Shown piece after piece: positions 59,995 through 64,000 of a DNA stretch of 64,000 bases. The notes under the pieces are model-generated. The model ran no database searches. It was not told the DNA's origin and saw nothing but the letters and a program-made list of their open reading frames with translations. The position numbers and the translations under genes were made by a program. Every line of letters starts with the position of its first letter. Position 1 is the stretch's first letter. Source of the DNA: Eimeria praecox (taxonomy: Eukaryota); contig OY986950.1 in NCBI GenBank assembly GCA_963920595.1, positions 4,340,001 to 4,404,000 of the forward strand, given 5' to 3'.

Positions 59995-62900
59995 CTAAAT
60001 GCCGTCCCAGCGACGAAAGTTACAATAAATAGCCTGAAGACGCGCAGAAGAAGAAAAGGGAGCCTGCTTTACTTGCTGCATTTGGTGCTTACAAGCAGCA
60101 ATGAGCCGTAATTTCCTTGCACGCCATGAAGCACGGCAATCCCGTACACGCATGAAAAAACTGCATAGGTGCTGTGCTCTCCATGCTGTGCGGCAGCAAA
60201 GTGTTGTTGGACCATAGCATATAGAACGTGCTCCCCATCGCTATCCAACAGAGATACTGGAAACTGACGACTCCATTTCACTGGAAGAATGGCAAGCAGA
60301 GCTGTTCAGCTGGCAAACCCCGCCCGCAGGAAAATTAGATTACCTCCAGAAGTTTCTGCAAATACATCAAATCTGTCGCACCGCAGATCTCCCTGCACGA
60401 ATGCATCGCCCACTGGGGTATCCCAATGTCAACTGTGCGCACTCCTGCGGTCCATCAGGCACACGCAGCAAACATCTTCCCCACAACTAAAACCTTTTAA
60501 TTGGATCAGAAGACGCTTCAGCGGCATAATTCTTTGCTGTAGAGTATCCCCATCCAGAAAATGGCTACGAAGCGGCTTCTAAGCGCAAAACGCAGCTGCT
60601 TCTCTGGTCAGCCTCCATCCCCGCCTTCGAGTGAATGGCAGATCTAAATATTCCACTAACGTCAACGTCAGTAAAAAGGCCAGATTCTAGACAATGTCTT
60701 ACCTAGACGAGCACTCAGCATGGCCCCCACCGTGCCGCCACATCTACTGTCATTACGCACTACAAAATCTTGCAGTGGAATATCTGCTTCTTCTGCAATG
60801 GCACGAACGAAAGACATCGAAGACGCATTGGATGCGTAGCTCTGGTTGGCATTTTCCTTTATGACGACACCCTGCAGCAACCAACAGGTCTCACTGAACA
60901 CCTTGCAAAACCATGACGGCAGGCACCTTTCGAGATCACACAGGAACGCATACAGGATGCATGCTCCACTGCAAAAGCACTGGAGGCGGGGGGGCGCTAC
61001 CGCAAAAGCTTTGAGGCGGAGGAACTAACAGGTGAGCGAAGCAGGCATAGAGGGTGGCGGACCAGAAGAAAGCACGAGAAAGAAATGCGCAGCAGCACCG
61101 AAAGCTTTACCCGGAACTTGCCTTGTGTATTGAAGGTTTGTGCTGCGACTGGTGCTTATCGCTGTAGTTTGGATGTACTGCATGGGCCATGTCAGAGCTG
61201 ACGATGAAGGACTTCGCGAGAATTTCGTAAAAGTCATCTTCACACTCAAGAGCCCTTAAAGACCTCCGCATCCACGCCTGTGAAGTAAACACCAATCCCT
61301 CGCCTCAATACAGAACGCCGCGAATGTACTGAGAGCCGGTTTTCTATTTCTCGCAGTGCGTAAATAACTGGTCTGGTTTGAGCTCAAACCAGCGTGACTC
61401 GGTAGCCCTGCTACCCAGTAAGATAGGTATCCCTCTAAAAGGAAGACAGCGCAAAGGGGATTCTTTCGTCTCCACGCAGTGCATGAGAAAAGTAAGCAGG
61501 AACAGGTAGCTAAACGGCACCGCTAGCAGGTTCAGCAGCTAATACACCTTTGTGAGAAAATGCAAAGCTGCAGTTGCAGCATGCCAAAGACTGCTACACA
61601 AGTTTGCTTGCTTACAACTCCCGCCAGCACAAAAAAGAGATACGACGCAGCAGGAGAGACAGAAAAATCATGGAGAAGAGAAGCTAAAGTGCGGTACCTC
61701 GAGGATGTTGGAGTTGGCGCCTGCGAGCGATTCCGACCCAACTTCTTCGTGATCAAACGCCACAGCCACCAAAATGTCCTTCTCTCCGCATTCCTGAGTG
61801 GGCTCATCTTGGCGTCTGCTCGCCTCCACCAGCGCCTCAAAAGCGGCAAAGGTCGAAGCCAGGTTGTCCAGCCGCGGGCTTTCGATGAACTCAGAGTGAA
61901 TACCCGATAGACGGCTAGGGGTGGAGTCCATAAGGCAGAGATCCCAATCCAGCAGCTTTGCGCTGGGAAGCTCAATCATCCTACGTCACAATGCACAAGA
62001 GCAAACACTAATTATGCAATTTGTTCCACACAAATAAAACCTCACCGACGGACTTGCGACTCTACGAGCTGCAGCACGGCAGTCCGCGCTAGGACACCGC
62101 AAGCCATGAAAACAGAACAGAAAATAGCCACAACAAGGCAACTCACTAACACTCTGATGCTACTACTACAGCTTCACAGCCTAATCATCCCCGAACGTTT
62201 TTCGGGGAAGTCTGCATATCGGCTACTCGTTCAGTTGCAGCACATGATCTAAAAGTTGCCCTCACTCCGTGACTAGACGCTCTAGTGCAGGTGGTAAGCG
62301 CAGGGCATCATCCTTAGCTTCTTGCTTTTCGCCCTCTTTACCGTTGTTCAACTGCTCGGCTATGGCGGAGCACAAGATCGGTTGTAGGTGCTGCTCCTGA
62401 GGAAACAAACGAATTTTCGACCTTTGGTTCCATGAGCGCATTATTGTACTTTCCCCGCTGTGCAGTCATAGGGAACAGCAGAACGTGTTAACAGCCCAAC
62501 AGAAAAGGACTCTGCACTGCAAACCCAGACTCATCAGCCTGCTCTTGCTCAGAGGCAGGCTCACATCCAATGCCAAAAAATTGCATAGGCATCCGCCATA
62601 TGGCATGGAAGCGATGGCCTATCTGCCATTGGCAACTCATGTTAGATTTAGGCGGGTCATGCTAGGCTTTTTAAGCCTACAGCAGAACAAGTACTGCCGA
62701 AAGTGCTGTGGATCCATTCACACCAGGAAGTCAAGATGAGAAATGGCTTGGCATTATATGCTTACCTTGTTGATTTTGAAGGCTCCAATTTCCTCGGCTG
62801 TCTTCAAGTGTATAGCGAGGTTCGGCAAGTAGAAGAGAGGCTTTGGGATATGCACCAGTCTTTCTTCCACTTTTTTTCCTGCAAGGCAGCCGGCGGCAAA

Positions 62901-63900
62901 GCCTCTATACAAGTGTTGCAAGACATATGGACGCTTACGCCATATTCGAGAATGTTACTAATGTGTACGCGCCCTCATCACTCCGGCAGGGTGTGCCTTA
63001 CCGACGCGAAGAGCAACCTTCCCAGCCATGCCAAGCCCCCTGTCAAACCACGTGTGCCAGAGGCCCCCTCCGTAACACTCCACGCTACCCTGTGATTCGT
63101 CGCACGCAAACAGCTATTCTCTATCGCTCACGATATCCAACGCAGGATATGGCTAAACTCGCTATGTAGGAGGGAGGTGGCACCGTGCTAATACGCCCCA
63201 ACAGACATACTACTTACCATGTGATACCCTTCTTTTTCCGCAAAGGCGCAGGGCCTCAGACGCAGACAGGGAGAGTCGGTGTGTGTTGCGGTTACGCAGA
63301 AACCACCGGCAGTGCCCTTCCCAAAGTCTTTCCCTGAGGCAATGCAGATATGACCTGTTTCCAACCCTAAAATCTACACTTGCTTGTCAGTAGCTTCTAG
63401 ACGGAGGCTAACATGCTTCATGCTGCAGCCACAGATGGATGTGCTCCGTCGTGGAAATGGTGCAGGAGCAAGCGGGAAATGAAGATACACAAAGGATGGC
63501 CCACCAACTACAAACGCCGCTATGCATGAACCGTTCCTTGTAACAAAATATTTGCCTCCGCGCACCATCTTCCATGCGGTCCTGTGAATATTGCAAAGTA
63601 TCAGGTTATGCTAGAATACACACTCCTGCGTAGCAGCATATGCCTTTTCGCAGCGGCTGTCGCTCCTAATGCTTTTCCAGCGCACATCCTTGCCCGTTAT
63701 GCATCGCTAGAAGCAGCTTTTGATCGCACTTTGCTGCAGACAGTACAGGGAGCAAGTGAGTCTCACCGCTCGTGAAGTTCCTCGAAGCCTGCATTGGTAA
63801 GGATATTCCTGACAGCTTGCACTGAGTGGTAGGGTGAACCTGTCCTGTTTACAAAGTGAATAAACCGCTCAGCTACCGGCCTTGCCAGTTCGAGCGCCAT
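59995..63900 (-). CDS. DNPEP: M18 family aspartyl aminopeptidase (multi-exon)
   Basis: [116 protein letters not shown]. Confidence 0.95.
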
Positions 63901-64000
63901 CCTAGAAAGACAGGCATAACAAGTGGCGCACAAGCCAAGCACGCACTGAGATGGCGAATATACCCTCCAAAAAATCGTTTTAGCCAATTATGAGGTTGCT

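Overview
Intron-rich eukaryotic DNA, almost certainly a coccidian apicomplexan of the genus Eimeria (species not determinable). The evidence is the abundant CAG/CTG trinucleotide runs, interstitial AAACCCT telomere-like heptamers and TGCATGCA arrays. About the first 46 kb is a repeat-rich segment, and the window becomes repeat-poor towards the right end. Eight multi-exon or single-exon genes are reconstructed by hand from GT-AG junctions: a DHHC palmitoyltransferase (+), an oxidoreductase-SelD fusion selenophosphate synthetase (-), coatomer zeta (+), an RsmD-like methyltransferase with a likely apicoplast leader (+), an inositol monophosphatase/PAP phosphatase family protein (-), a Glo3-type ArfGAP (-), Sec24 (+) and an M18 aspartyl aminopeptidase (-). 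Also present are a probable ABM-domain protein that needs a GC-AG intron (-), tRNA-Gly(TCC), a decayed Ty3/gypsy retrotransposon near the repeat-rich/repeat-poor transition, and a 200-N assembly gap. Most ORFs in the six-frame track are microsatellite artefacts. All calls are from motif recognition by eye; no database search was run. No clearly novel multi-gene system is demonstrated. The most notable items are the SelD fusion, the GC-AG ABM gene, intronic copies of exon ends in two genes, and a strand bias of CAG/CTG repeats relative to splice acceptors.
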